DNA from: an uncultured bacterium
GTDB taxonomy: Bacteria; Babelota; Babeliae; Babelales; Vermiphilaceae
Assembly: GCA_963701085.1 (NCBI GenBank)
Contig: OY969561.1
Span: 544,001 to 608,000, forward strand
Reading direction: 5' to 3'
DNA: 64,000 bases
Position numbers and translations under genes: made by a program. The number at the start of each line of letters is the position of its first letter. Position 1 is the first letter of the stretch. The notes under the pieces are model-generated. The model had not been told where the DNA came from and searched no databases. It saw only the letters and a program-made list of their open reading frames with translations. Below are positions 19,597 to 29,828 of the stretch, piece after piece.

Positions 19597-20043
19597 ATGC
19601 GTACACGCAAAAACAGACGAACCAACCGCCAAAAAAACGGCTTGTATGATCTTTCCATGACACCATTAATTGATACAGCGCTCACGTTGTTAATTATTTT
19701 TATGGTAGCAACCCCCGTATTACAAAATGCAATCAAAGTAACCCTACCACGGGGCAATGCGCAAGAAGATGCATCCAACACGCAACAAGAACTGGTTGTG
19801 TTCATTGATAAACAAGGTGATTTTTATATTAATAAAGACAAAATTGCAAAAAAAGACCTCATTGTTCAGATAAAAAAAACTGTCGGCAATGATCATGAAA
19901 AAACAGTGTATGTAAAAGCTGATACAGCAATATCATACGGAACAGTAATTGAATTAGTTGACGATATTAAATTTGTTGGTGGTATAAAATATGTGGCTCT
20001 GGCAACGCAAAAACATTCACAAACGACACCTTCTTTGGGCTAA
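19597..20043 (+). CDS. tolR: TolR/ExbD
   Basis: MTPLIDTALTLLIIFMV; VYVKADTAISYG. Confidence 0.9.
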   Translation: MRTRKNRRTNRQKNGLYDLSMTPLIDTALTLLIIFMVATPVLQNAIKVTLPRGNAQEDASNTQQELVVFIDKQGDFYINKDKIAKKDLIVQIKKTVGNDHEKTVYVKADTAISYGTVIELVDDIKFVGGIKYVALATQKHSQTTPSLG

Positions 20044-20869
20044 ACTTTTTGGCCTATGCCTGTTGTTCCATCTTATTTTTTTGTTTTGGATATTTTGTGT
20101 GTATCGCGATAACAGCTATATACTCTCAATTTCCATAAATAAAAAATTGGATTATTCTGCGCCCATATACTTTGTACCTCTTGGCACGCCCTACTCCGCT
20201 AAAAGTAGAATTTATCCTGAGCCTGTCGAAGGGAAGGGCAAGCCCCCTCGTACAACGCACAACAAACCTGCTGCAACACAAGTCCCCGTTAAAAAAACAA
20301 CACCCGTGATCCAGGCAAAACCAGTTACTGTTGTAACCCCAAAGAAAACTACCGAGCCAATAAAAAAAGAACTTCCAAAAACAGAAATTAAAAAAATAGA
20401 AGAAGTGAAAAAAGAAATTCCAAAAGTTGAACCAAAAAAAGAAGTTAAACCAACGCAACAAGCTGCTCCTGTTGTTGAACCACCAAAACCAGAACCAATC
20501 AAAACAACTGCTGCACAAAAAACGCAATCACCCATTGCCCAAGCGCTTGATACGCAACAAACAATTGCACCAGTGATCCCTGAAAACGCACAGATATCTC
20601 ACAACTATCGTGAAGTTGAAGCATTACGCCGTAGCGCACAATTACAAAAAGAGTTGGTGCAAAAATGGAAACCACCAATTGGCGTATCACCAGACTGCAT
20701 GTGTGAAATCTCTTTCTTTGTCAATTCAACTGGCGCAATAGAGGATTTAAAAATGGTAAAAAGTTCCGGTGTGGTGATGTATGATATTTCTGCACGCCAA
20801 GCGCTGTTTGCAATGAAGATGCCGCAATGGTCATATGGAAAACCTTTTACCATTAGCTTTAAGCAATAA
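19991..20869 (+). CDS. tolA: TolA/TonB-like protein with in-frame repeat insertion
   Basis: TM helix with conserved His, Lys/Pro-rich linker, C-terminal KSSG..YD domain; lies between tolR and tolB. Confidence 0.75.
   Translation: MWLWQRKNIHKRHLLWAKLFGLCLLFHLIFLFWIFCVYRDNSYILSISINKKLDYSAPIYFVPLGTPYSAKSRIYPEPVEGKGKPPRTTHNKPAATQVPVKKTTPVIQAKPVTVVTPKKTTEPIKKELPKTEIKKIEEVKKEIPKVEPKKEVKPTQQAAPVVEPPKPEPIKTTAAQKTQSPIAQALDTQQTIAPVIPENAQISHNYREVEALRRSAQLQKELVQKWKPPIGVSPDCMCEISFFVNSTGAIEDLKMVKSSGVVMYDISARQALFAMKMPQWSYGKPFTISFKQ
20189..20242. repeat. Composite B/A palindromic element inside tolA
   Basis: 54 nt ccctactccgctaaaag...tcctgagcctgtcgaagggaagggcaag; near-copy at 37324-37378. Confidence 0.8.
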
Positions 20870-20889
20870 ATGATTTAATCAGGAAATAA

Positions 20890-22173
20890 ATGAAAAAATT
20901 ATACGCATTATTATTATGCACAGCATTACATATCTCAGCCGATGAAATTGAAATCGCCGTATCAGGCGCACAACAAGCACAAATGCCCATTGCTCTTATA
21001 GTTCTGGATGAAAAAAACAGTGAACTTAACGATATTGCCACCATCATAAAAAAAGATTTACAATTTACCGATCAATTCAAGCCATCTATTAAAAAATGTG
21101 ATGCTCATTTACCAAAAAAAACATTGCGCAAACATATACAAAAATTGTCTCAGACAGACACACCACTGGCACTCTGCATCAGTAGCGAATCTAAAAACAA
21201 TATTACATGGCGGTTATATGATACTATGCAATGCACCATGATATGTGGAAAAAAATACACAAAACATGGCTCAATTGTGCGCGGATGGGCGCATACCATT
21301 GCTGATGAAACATGGAAAGCGCTGACGAGCAATGATGGTTTTTTTTCTTCACGAATAGCATATTGTAAGGATTCAAAAAACGATAAAGGACACACCATCC
21401 GCAAAGTGTACATAGCCGATTTTGATGGCAGCAATGAAGAACTCCTTGTTGATCTACCCACTATCACCGTTGCACCTCGCTGGCACACCAAAAAACCACG
21501 CCTCACGTATTCGGAATATGCCAATACCAATGTAGAATTGATGTCTGTTGGCATGGATAAGAAGAGAAAACCTCTTTCAACTTTTGATGGCATTAATATG
21601 CTTGCAGGCTTTTCACCAAGCGGAAAATCAGTAGCGTATTGCGCCTCACGCGGAAGTGGTAGTTGCCAAATCTACCTACGTAACAATGGCAATCTAAAAC
21701 GCTGCACCAAAAATACCGGCAACAATACTTCCCCTATTTTTATTGATGACAATCACCTCTGCTTTTGCTCAGATTTTCAGACGGGTAATCCGCAAATTTA
21801 TATCGGCAATATTCAAACCGGCCATCTTCAGCGCATTACCCATGGTGGTTATTGCACATCACCAAGCTACTGTCCAAAAACGCATAAAATTGCTTACCAC
21901 AAAATGATCCATAGCACCATGCAAGTTATGATGTATGACTGCACAACCAAAAGTCATACACAGTTAACTAAAACAAGCGGCAATAAACACGAAGTCAGCT
22001 GGTCTCCCGATGGTACACACCTGCTTTTTGCACACGAAATTCCTGATAAAAATAGCCGCTTATGCTCACTCAACCTCTTAATGAGCACGACAAAATATAT
22101 AACCAGCACAAACGATGAATGTAGCTACCCTCACTGGGGGCCTTGTTATAAGGAATTTCCTGTTGTAACCTAA
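20890..22173 (+). CDS. tolB: TolB
   Basis: Signal peptide, TolB N-domain (AHTIAD, GFFSSRIAY), PD40 repeats (SWSPDG). Confidence 0.9.
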   Translation: MKKLYALLLCTALHISADEIEIAVSGAQQAQMPIALIVLDEKNSELNDIATIIKKDLQFTDQFKPSIKKCDAHLPKKTLRKHIQKLSQTDTPLALCISSESKNNITWRLYDTMQCTMICGKKYTKHGSIVRGWAHTIADETWKALTSNDGFFSSRIAYCKDSKNDKGHTIRKVYIADFDGSNEELLVDLPTITVAPRWHTKKPRLTYSEYANTNVELMSVGMDKKRKPLSTFDGINMLAGFSPSGKSVAYCASRGSGSCQIYLRNNGNLKRCTKNTGNNTSPIFIDDNHLCFCSDFQTGNPQIYIGNIQTGHLQRITHGGYCTSPSYCPKTHKIAYHKMIHSTMQVMMYDCTTKSHTQLTKTSGNKHEVSWSPDGTHLLFAHEIPDKNSRLCSLNLLMSTTKYITSTNDECSYPHWGPCYKEFPVVT

Positions 22174-22280
22174 ATAATTTAAAATCGACAAAATTGATGA
22201 TTATGGTAAAATAAAGGTGTTAAAATAGAGCACCTTTATTATTGTCATGCTTATAAACCTCAAAACATAGATGAATTTGT

Positions 22281-24116
22281 ATGAAAAAACCTAAAAACAA
22301 CAACTCGTGGACCCCGAGCCCAAAAAATCTAAAGAACGCACTTGTCGCGTTTATCATGCTTGCAGGCGTTCTTCTTGTACTCCATAAACTAACGGAGCTG
22401 GGAAGAAATGTTCAAATTATCTCTTATTCAACATTTTTAGAAAAAGTTGATCAGGACCTCGTTAAAAAAGTATATGTTTCAGGCCAGGATGTTGAAGGGA
22501 TGTTTACTGATGGTAACCGCTTTGAAACGGTTATCGGTAGTAACGCAAACGATTGGGACCGCTTGCGCTCTCATGGCGTAGAATTTGCGATCATTTCACC
22601 AACCAATCAATTAGGCATCTGGTATCTTTTCCTTTTCTCCTGTCTTTTTGTCGCAATTTGGGCTATCTGGTATTTTATCCGTGCACGCAACGCTGGTGCT
22701 AATGGTGGCGGTGGAGGCAATATCTTTACCATGGGCAAAAGCGGCGCTCGCATGTTTCTACCCTCAAGCATTAAAGAAAATTTTAACTCTGTAGCCGGCG
22801 CTGATGAAGCAAAAGAAGAGCTTGCAGATGTAATTGATTTCCTCAAAAACCCTAAAAAATATCAACGCCTTGGTGCAAAAATAACCCGTGGCGTTCTCCT
22901 TATTGGTGAACCGGGAAATGGTAAGACATTATTAGCCCGCGCCGTTGCAGGCGAAGCTAACTGTCCATTTTTTAGCATTAGCGGATCTAACTTTATTGAA
23001 GTTTTTGTTGGTGTGGGTGCGGCACGCGTTCGCGATCTTTTTGCGCAAGCACGTAAACATGCGCCAAGCATCATCTTTATTGATGAAATTGATGCTGTTG
23101 GCCGTCACCGTGGCAGTGGCATGGGTGGTGGCAATGATGAACGTGAACAAACACTTAACCAGCTTCTTGCGGAAATGGATGGATTTGAAACTTCTCCAAC
23201 ACCGATTATTGTTATCGCCGCAACAAACAGAGTTGATGTTTTAGACAAAGCATTGTTGCGACCAGGCAGATTTGATCGCCGTGTTACGGTACCTTACCCT
23301 GATTTAAAAAGTCGTGAAGCCATTGTGGCGGTGCACGTCAAAAACGTAAAAATAGAAGAAGACTTAGATATTAAAAAAATTGCTCAAGGCACCCCTGGGT
23401 TTTCTGGCGCGGATCTTGCCAACTTAGTAAACGAAGCAGCCATTATAGCTTCCAAAGAAAATAAAGATCTCGTGACTATGCATGATTTTGATGAAGCACG
23501 TGATAAAGTGATGCTTGGCAAAGAAGTAAAAAGCATCATGCTCACCCCTGAAGATAAAAAGTTGATCGCCTATCATGAATCAGGACACGCGCTTGTGCGC
23601 CTTTTATTGCCAGAAACTTCTGACCCTCTTCACAAAGTAACTATCATCCCTCGTGGATCTGCGCTTGGCGTAACGCACTTCTTGCCAGAACGCGAGAAAT
23701 ATATTACCACCAAAGAGGAAATGGAAGCTTCCGTCATGTCGGCACTTGGTGGCCGAGTTGCAGAAGAAATCATCTTTAACACCCTCACAACCGGTGCATA
23801 TAGTGATTTCCAAGCAGCAAACCGCATAACCCGCAACATGGTCTGCAAATATGGCATGTCCCCAGAGCTTGGCACCATTATTTATAGCCAGCAACACGGT
23901 GAGTTTGAATATTCTCAAAAAACGGCTGAAAAAATTGATGCTGAAGTACAACGATTAACCGCATTATATCACGATCAGACGCGTAAATTGCTTGAAGCTA
24001 ACCGCGACAAGCTCGATCTGCTCGCTAACGCATTGATGGAAAAAGAGACCATGAATGCGGATGAAATTTACGAATTATTGAGCATTACACCGCGACAGGC
24101 TCATAAATTTGTTTAA
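22281..24116 (+). CDS. ftsH: ATP-dependent zinc metalloprotease FtsH
   Basis: Two TMs, [29 protein letters not shown]. Confidence 0.97.
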   Translation: MKKPKNNNSWTPSPKNLKNALVAFIMLAGVLLVLHKLTELGRNVQIISYSTFLEKVDQDLVKKVYVSGQDVEGMFTDGNRFETVIGSNANDWDRLRSHGVEFAIISPTNQLGIWYLFLFSCLFVAIWAIWYFIRARNAGANGGGGGNIFTMGKSGARMFLPSSIKENFNSVAGADEAKEELADVIDFLKNPKKYQRLGAKITRGVLLIGEPGNGKTLLARAVAGEANCPFFSISGSNFIEVFVGVGAARVRDLFAQARKHAPSIIFIDEIDAVGRHRGSGMGGGNDEREQTLNQLLAEMDGFETSPTPIIVIAATNRVDVLDKALLRPGRFDRRVTVPYPDLKSREAIVAVHVKNVKIEEDLDIKKIAQGTPGFSGADLANLVNEAAIIASKENKDLVTMHDFDEARDKVMLGKEVKSIMLTPEDKKLIAYHESGHALVRLLLPETSDPLHKVTIIPRGSALGVTHFLPEREKYITTKEEMEASVMSALGGRVAEEIIFNTLTTGAYSDFQAANRITRNMVCKYGMSPELGTIIYSQQHGEFEYSQKTAEKIDAEVQRLTALYHDQTRKLLEANRDKLDLLANALMEKETMNADEIYELLSITPRQAHKFV

Positions 24117-24188
24117 ACTAATCTTGTAAAATTTTCTCTTTTTGTTATGTTAAAAGTAAGTAAATAGGCTTTAAGGAAGGTACGCATC

Positions 24189-24392
24189 ATGTCAAGAATC
24201 TGTTCAGTGTGCTCAAAAAGCCCACAGGTAGCAAATTTAGTAAGTAACGCTAACAATAGAGTAAAGCGTTGGGTATACCCAAACGTGCATACAGTACGCT
24301 ACACCCTTACCGGTGATGCTGACAAACACGTTCATCGCTCAAAAGTCTGCACCAAGTGTATGAAAGCAGGCAAAATCAAAAAAGTTATCTAA
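24189..24392 (+). CDS. rpmB: 50S ribosomal protein L28
   Basis: MSRICSVC, VSNANNRVKRWVYPNV, VCTKCMK. Confidence 0.92.
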   Translation: MSRICSVCSKSPQVANLVSNANNRVKRWVYPNVHTVRYTLTGDADKHVHRSKVCTKCMKAGKIKKVI

Positions 24393-24417
24393 TATTTAAG
24401 ATCAAGGTCAAGGGATT

Positions 24418-24699
24418 ATGGCAAATATCAAATCTGCTAAAAAACGTGTTTTGCAAACAGCAAAACGCCAATTGCGCAACCAAGCAAGAAAATCTTCTAT
24501 TAAAACAGCTATTAAAAAAGTTGTTATAGCAGTTGAATCAGCTGGCTTAGCTAACATTGAAACAACAAAAGCATTGTTCGTCGCTGCAGAAAGCAAAATT
24601 GCTCGTGCAAAAAGCAAAGGCCTTATGCACCGCAACACTGCTGCTCGCAAAATTAGCAAGTTAGCAAAAAAAGTTGCTGCTGCTGCAAGAACAGCGTAA
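24418..24699 (+). CDS. rpsT: 30S ribosomal protein S20
   Basis: MANIKSAKKR...KGLMHRNTAARKISKL. Confidence 0.96.
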   Translation: MANIKSAKKRVLQTAKRQLRNQARKSSIKTAIKKVVIAVESAGLANIETTKALFVAAESKIARAKSKGLMHRNTAARKISKLAKKVAAAARTA

Positions 24700-24722
24700 A
24701 AATTTAGTTTTTTTTAAAATTT

Positions 24723-24754
24723 AAAAGGTACCAATCAAATGGTATCTTTTTTTT
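24723..24754 (+). terminator. Terminator after rpsT
   Basis: aaaaggtacc..ggtatctttt followed by a T run. Confidence 0.6.
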
Positions 24755-24815
24755 GTTGCTCTGCCTTATAATAGATTAACAAAAATTCACCCCTCTTATC
24801 AAAAAAAGAAAATTA

Positions 24816-25511
24816 ATGAAAAAATACATTATTATCTTAGCCATCCTTGCCTTGTTTTTAATTTATTACCTTCAACGCAGTAAAAAAGCGTCACAACCTC
24901 AAACAGGAACTATCATCATACTTAATGGCCCATCTGCTGCAGGAAAGTCATCTATTCAAAAACAATTTCAAAAAATAAGTGATGAATTATATTTAACTGT
25001 TGGCATAGACGGCCTCTTTGATTCTATCCTGCCTGATGTTGATGAAAATGGTAAATCAATCAAGAATAATGAAACAATCCGATGGATTGAATTTGGCAAA
25101 GATAAAAACGAACATCAAACCATAACATTACATATTGGTCCAGCTGGGTATCGAGTTATCAAAGGAATGCACCGCGCAATAGCTGCATATGCCAAACAAA
25201 ATAACAACATAATAATGGACTACATCTTATATGATTCATCATGGCTACCAGATTTAATTAATACGCTCAAGAATTATAAAGTTTATCTTGTTGGCATTCA
25301 CACACCACTAGAGGTAATAGAACAGCGAGAAAGCAAACGAGGAACATCGCCAATTGGTCATGCACGCAGCCACTATCACACAGTACATGAAGGTATGATA
25401 TATGACCTTGAACTCGATACTTCTTTGAATACCCCTGAAGAACTCGCACAGCAAATAAGAAACTTTGTACAAAACAATCCATCTCCTCAAGCTCTCAAAA
25501 AATTAATATAA
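24816..25511 (+). CDS. Chloramphenicol phosphotransferase (CPT)-like P-loop kinase with N-terminal anchor
   Basis: IIILNGPSAAGKSS, RESKRG, YDLELDTS. Confidence 0.85.
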   Translation: MKKYIIILAILALFLIYYLQRSKKASQPQTGTIIILNGPSAAGKSSIQKQFQKISDELYLTVGIDGLFDSILPDVDENGKSIKNNETIRWIEFGKDKNEHQTITLHIGPAGYRVIKGMHRAIAAYAKQNNNIIMDYILYDSSWLPDLINTLKNYKVYLVGIHTPLEVIEQRESKRGTSPIGHARSHYHTVHEGMIYDLELDTSLNTPEELAQQIRNFVQNNPSPQALKKLI

Positions 25512-25538
25512 ACCTCTATCAGTCAGGATCTAAATTAC

Positions 25539-25856
25539 ATGCGCAAAGTCTTTTGGGAAAACCCCTATCAAACAACGTTAAAAACTACCGTACTCGCAGT
25601 TGATGGCAATAGAGTGCTGTTCGCTGATACCATTGCCTACTCTTTTGCCGGGGGACAAGAAAGCGATAAGGCATGGGTTAATGGAATGCTCATATTAGAC
25701 TCACAAATGGATGATTTTCTTATCTATTACACCCTTCCCGACAATCACAACCTCCACGCAGGTGATGCTGTTACCATGACAATTGATTGGCCACGAAGAT
25801 CACGCTTAATGCGATTACATTTTGCCGCAGAATTAATTCTGGAAATAGTCAGGTAA
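25539..25856 (+). pseudogene. Truncated AlaX-type alanyl-tRNA editing protein
   Basis: FWENPY, GGQESD, IDWPRR..LMRLHFAAE then stop at 105 aa; C-terminal CxGxH region not found. Confidence 0.75.
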
Positions 25857-25954
25857 ATCTATAGAAAAAATTGAAATCAGGCTTGTGAATGATTCTACAC
25901 CTGATCAATAGAATCAATAGCCCCAATCCATATAGTAACTTATCCCTGCCCCTA

Positions 25955-25985
25955 ACTTGACTGACGGTCAGTCAAGTGGTAACAT
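25955..25985 (+). promoter_or_regulatory. TetR operator overlapping a sigma70 promoter
   Basis: Perfect 11-bp inverted repeat acttgactgac-g-gtcagtcaagt containing TTGACT (-35), 17-nt spacer, TAACAT (-10). Confidence 0.8.
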
Positions 25986-26029
25986 ATAGTATATAACGTG
26001 ATTTTTAGAAAAACCAAAAGGGTTAAAAT

Positions 26030-26656
26030 ATGGTTAGAATTACCAAAGGACTAAAAAAACGAAGGCAAGAAATAATAACAACTGCTCGTCAGCTCTTTCA
26101 GGCAGAAGATTATGACACAATCACCATGCAAAGGGTTGTCGAGGAGCTAGGGATCGCCAAAGGCACTATTTTTTATTATTTTGATTCTAAAGAAAATTTA
26201 CTCAAAGCTGTTGTTGAAAACATTACTGAGGAAGATAGTACGCGCAAGCAGTTGCTTATAGAAAAAACAAAAGGCAATGCTTTAGATAAGATACGTGCAG
26301 TTATGCAGATGGATAGCATTGCTCTGCAAAATCCAGCCCTCCTTAAACACCTTCATAGGCCAAGTAATGCAGGCATGCATACGCAGCTATTAGCCGTTAT
26401 GATACTTAATGAAGCTTCACTGTATGAAGAATTGATCCGTGAAGGCTGCAATGAAGGTATTTTTCAAACAGATACTCCTTTAGAGTGTGCTGAGTTCATC
26501 ATTGCCGCAATGCAATTTTTAACCGATACAGGAATCTATCCATGGACAGAGTCTGATATCTTGCGCAGAACACAATCTTTCCCTATGCTCGTGGAAAAGA
26601 TTTTAAAAGCACAACCCGGCTCTTTTCAATTCATGTTGGATACAATAAAAAAATAA
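26030..26656 (+). CDS. TetR/AcrR family regulator
   Basis: HTH ELGIAKGTIFYYFDSKENL. Confidence 0.93.
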   Translation: MVRITKGLKKRRQEIITTARQLFQAEDYDTITMQRVVEELGIAKGTIFYYFDSKENLLKAVVENITEEDSTRKQLLIEKTKGNALDKIRAVMQMDSIALQNPALLKHLHRPSNAGMHTQLLAVMILNEASLYEELIREGCNEGIFQTDTPLECAEFIIAAMQFLTDTGIYPWTESDILRRTQSFPMLVEKILKAQPGSFQFMLDTIKK

Positions 26657-26668
26657 TAGGGGATATCT

Positions 26669-27724
26669 ATGAACTCAACGATTACAAACAAACTCTTTAA
26701 CGTTATAGATCACGAAGTGACATTTCTCAATGCCAACGATGGTATTACATTGTCAGGAACACTTTCTATTCCTCAATCTTCTCAATTATATACTAAACCT
26801 CCTGTTGTAATTCTTGTTGCAGGTATGGGGCCTCATGACCGCGACTGCGATCAAATGAATGGTCAGAAATTATTTAAAACCATAGCAGATTATTTTGCCC
26901 ATCATGGCATTGCAGCGTTGCGGTATGATAAGCGTGGTGTTGGTAAGTCTAGTGGAGATTTTAATACTGCCTTTACTTTTGATTTTGCTCGGGATGTTGT
27001 AGCTGCAGTTCAATTTTTAAAAGAAGAGAGAACAGACATAGATGGCAATAATATCGGACTAGTCGGTCATTCTGAAGGAGGACTGATTAGTTTTATTGTT
27101 GCAAGCCAATCAACAGATGTTGCGTTTATGGTTTCTATGGCTGGCGCAGTTATAACAAACATTGATGATGTATTATTACAAACGGCGCTGCAGTTTAAAG
27201 CATCAGGTGCGACTGATTATTTTATAGCATTTGATAGAAAAATTCGTAAACAAATTCTTGAAGCAGTAACCACATTATCAATTAATGATGCACAAAAAAA
27301 GCTATCTGCAATGGTAAAGTCATACATAGAAAGTATGACTGATGAGCAACAAGCAATTGCTGAGAGCTTATTCCCATTTTCATTGACTGAAGATAATTGT
27401 GATATCACAATGTTCAACACAACATGGAGAACCTATTTGGCAAGCAATCCTATGATTTTTATTAGCAGGGTTACCATTCCCGTTTTGGCAATTCATGGTG
27501 AATTAGATTTTATCATGTATTCAAAAACGGCATTGCCAATAATTGAACAAGGACTTAAGGATGCTCGTAATAACGATGTAACTATTATATCAATACCACA
27601 TCAAAATCATTGCTTTCAACAATGTAATACTGGCGCTATCAATGAATACCTTACCATTAAAGAGTCTATTCATGAATCAACATTAAAATTGATGACTAAT
27701 TGGATTCTTTCTAAAATTGCATAA
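26669..27724 (+). CDS. Alpha/beta hydrolase
   Basis: LRYDKRGVGKS, GHSEGG nucleophile elbow, HGELD, QNH. Confidence 0.9.
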   Translation: MNSTITNKLFNVIDHEVTFLNANDGITLSGTLSIPQSSQLYTKPPVVILVAGMGPHDRDCDQMNGQKLFKTIADYFAHHGIAALRYDKRGVGKSSGDFNTAFTFDFARDVVAAVQFLKEERTDIDGNNIGLVGHSEGGLISFIVASQSTDVAFMVSMAGAVITNIDDVLLQTALQFKASGATDYFIAFDRKIRKQILEAVTTLSINDAQKKLSAMVKSYIESMTDEQQAIAESLFPFSLTEDNCDITMFNTTWRTYLASNPMIFISRVTIPVLAIHGELDFIMYSKTALPIIEQGLKDARNNDVTIISIPHQNHCFQQCNTGAINEYLTIKESIHESTLKLMTNWILSKIA

Positions 27725-27734
27725 AAGGATTTTG

Positions 27735-28370
27735 ATGAATATTAAGTACATTATAGTTGGAATTGCTCTCTTTATTCTTATCAGTATCATATGGCGACTG
27801 GCTTCACGTCAAAATTCATTACCCTGCCCCATTTGGTTGAGCTGGTTAGTTGAAATGGATAACCCATTTACCAAAGCAAATCAGGCACAATCTCTTGTTG
27901 AACGCTTACACCTTGAACTGGGGATGAAAGTAATTGACGTAGGGTGTGGCCCGGGACGAGTAACAATTCCTACTGCACAAAAAGTTGGTCCGCAGGGAAT
28001 AGTAACCGCAATGGATATCCAAGCCAGAATGTTAGAGAGGGTACAAAAAAAAGCTGCGACAGCACAATTGCACAACATCCAATTCCTTCAAGCGGGGATA
28101 GGTGAAAAGAAACTTGAACACAATTATTATGACCGCGCATTGCTTGTTACCGTATTGGGTGAAATTCCCAATCAACATGCAGCATTCAAAGAGATATTCA
28201 ACGCTCTCAAGCCCGGCGGATTGCTATTAGTCTCTGAAGTTATTTTTGACCCCCACTTTCAGCGCATGGGAACCGTTCAATCATTAGCCAATACAATAGG
28301 CTTTGAACAAAAAGAGACAATAGGAAACCGCTTTGCATACACCATGCAATTAAAAAAACCATCTCTATAA
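27735..28370 (+). CDS. Class I SAM-dependent methyltransferase
   Basis: VIDVGCGPG, LKPGG; ATG at 27735 after an RBS. Confidence 0.9.
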   Translation: MNIKYIIVGIALFILISIIWRLASRQNSLPCPIWLSWLVEMDNPFTKANQAQSLVERLHLELGMKVIDVGCGPGRVTIPTAQKVGPQGIVTAMDIQARMLERVQKKAATAQLHNIQFLQAGIGEKKLEHNYYDRALLVTVLGEIPNQHAAFKEIFNALKPGGLLLVSEVIFDPHFQRMGTVQSLANTIGFEQKETIGNRFAYTMQLKKPSL

Positions 28371-28506
28371 CCAAAAAACTATAAGGATCTGTTATATGAC
28401 ATTAATCACTAATCCATCGTTACTAGAATCCTGCAAATATTGAATAAAAAAAACAGCAAACAAAGCGGTACCTTTTTTGCTGCCATAAACCAATGGATCA
28501 TAATTA

Positions 28507-29238
28507 TTAAAAACCAAATCCACCAAGAGATCGTGAACATATCGAGCATTTTTTGTCTCTCATACCATCATAACAATTAATACAGATAAAATTACCCAGA
28601 TGTCTATTAACACATGGAATGTTAGATAAATAATATCGATGTGTTTTACACACAAAACATGCTTGCATATTAAACAACTTAATCATCTTCGGCCTCATTG
28701 GATGTTTCATAGGAATTTTAAAATAAATATTTTTATTAACTGCCGCACCATACAACAACAGTTTTTTTATCACATCTTTATTAGACTGTTCTACAGCATA
28801 ACAGAGTGGGCTGTTACCATAACTATCATATATATTAACGCGCGCTCCACCCTTTAAAAGATCTAAATATTTATCACCATCATTCTGTGCAATTACCCTG
28901 CATAACAAAAGTCTCCCTGCGATATCATACACATCAAGATCAAATCCACTATGCACTAATTTCTTAAGAGATGCATACTTGAACAATTCTTTTGTTGAAA
29001 CTGCAATAAACGCATCGGCAAAGCTTCGGTGCACACAAGAAAGCGCTTTATCATCTTCATGCCCAAACAAAACAGAGGGATTATTTTTAATGATATCTAC
29101 CACGTCATCAATATTACCATAGTCAAAGGCTCTTATAAGCGCTGTTCGAGCTATCTGCTTATCAGTAACTGAATTCATCCCTATGATAGTGCCCGCACTC
29201 ATTATGCACCATAAAAACAGATATATTTTAATTTTCAA
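28507..29238 (-). CDS. Exported ankyrin-repeat protein with C-terminal RING-like zinc finger
   Basis: Probable TTG start at 29238; GNSPLCYAV..LLLYGAAVN; C-x2-C-x11-C-x3-H-x5-C-x2-C-x8-C-x2-C. Confidence 0.8.
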   Translation of the reverse strand: MKIKIYLFLWCIMSAGTIIGMNSVTDKQIARTALIRAFDYGNIDDVVDIIKNNPSVLFGHEDDKALSCVHRSFADAFIAVSTKELFKYASLKKLVHSGFDLDVYDIAGRLLLCRVIAQNDGDKYLDLLKGGARVNIYDSYGNSPLCYAVEQSNKDVIKKLLLYGAAVNKNIYFKIPMKHPMRPKMIKLFNMQACFVCKTHRYYLSNIPCVNRHLGNFICINCYDGMRDKKCSICSRSLGGFGF

Positions 29239-29333
29239 ATTGTCCCTCAATTGCTCTGTAATGCGCATCTTACCCATTATCTAAAAATATAATAAAAATT
29301 AGCGTATTTGCCAATCAGAACACAATCGTCACT

Positions 29334-29368
29334 AAAAAAGGTGCTCTCTTAAAAAAGCACCTTTTTTT
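29334..29368. terminator. Terminator-like hairpin
   Basis: aaaaaaggtgct...agcacctttttt. Confidence 0.6.
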
Positions 29369-29391
29369 ACTCTACAAAATTCTTATAGTAT

Positions 29392-29799
29392 CTATACTTG
29401 TAGATATGCAAGCACGGAAGCAACAAATGCAGCTTTAGACATAAGGTCTTTGTTACACTCAATCTGATCACCATCAAGATTACTTTGTACGCTGGCAATA
29501 GTATTATTACAAAGTTCCAATCCAAGAGTACAACTAGCAACCGTTAAAAGTAATTTCAATAATGATGATTCAATAGTAAGATAACGCACTAATCCATTTT
29601 CAACATATCCTATGACCTCACCTGTTACAGCACCAACACAACCACCCACAACAAACGATCCAATAGATGATGCAAGAAATTGTCTTACCGTAGCATTTTG
29701 AATGACATTTCTTTTTGCATTCTTACGTGCAGCAAATGCAGAAAATGGCACGGCTGATAAAAAAAACAGACCAACAAAAACAAACATTCTTTTATTCAT
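29392..29799 (-). CDS. Exported/membrane hypothetical protein
   Basis: Signal peptide, glycine-zipper-like hydrophobic segment, GGAG RBS. Confidence 0.65.
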   Translation of the reverse strand: MNKRMFVFVGLFFLSAVPFSAFAARKNAKRNVIQNATVRQFLASSIGSFVVGGCVGAVTGEVIGYVENGLVRYLTIESSLLKLLLTVASCTLGLELCNNTIASVQSNLDGDQIECNKDLMSKAAFVASVLAYLQV

Positions 29800-29828
29800 G
29801 ATACACTCTCTCCTCATAAAAAACGTTT

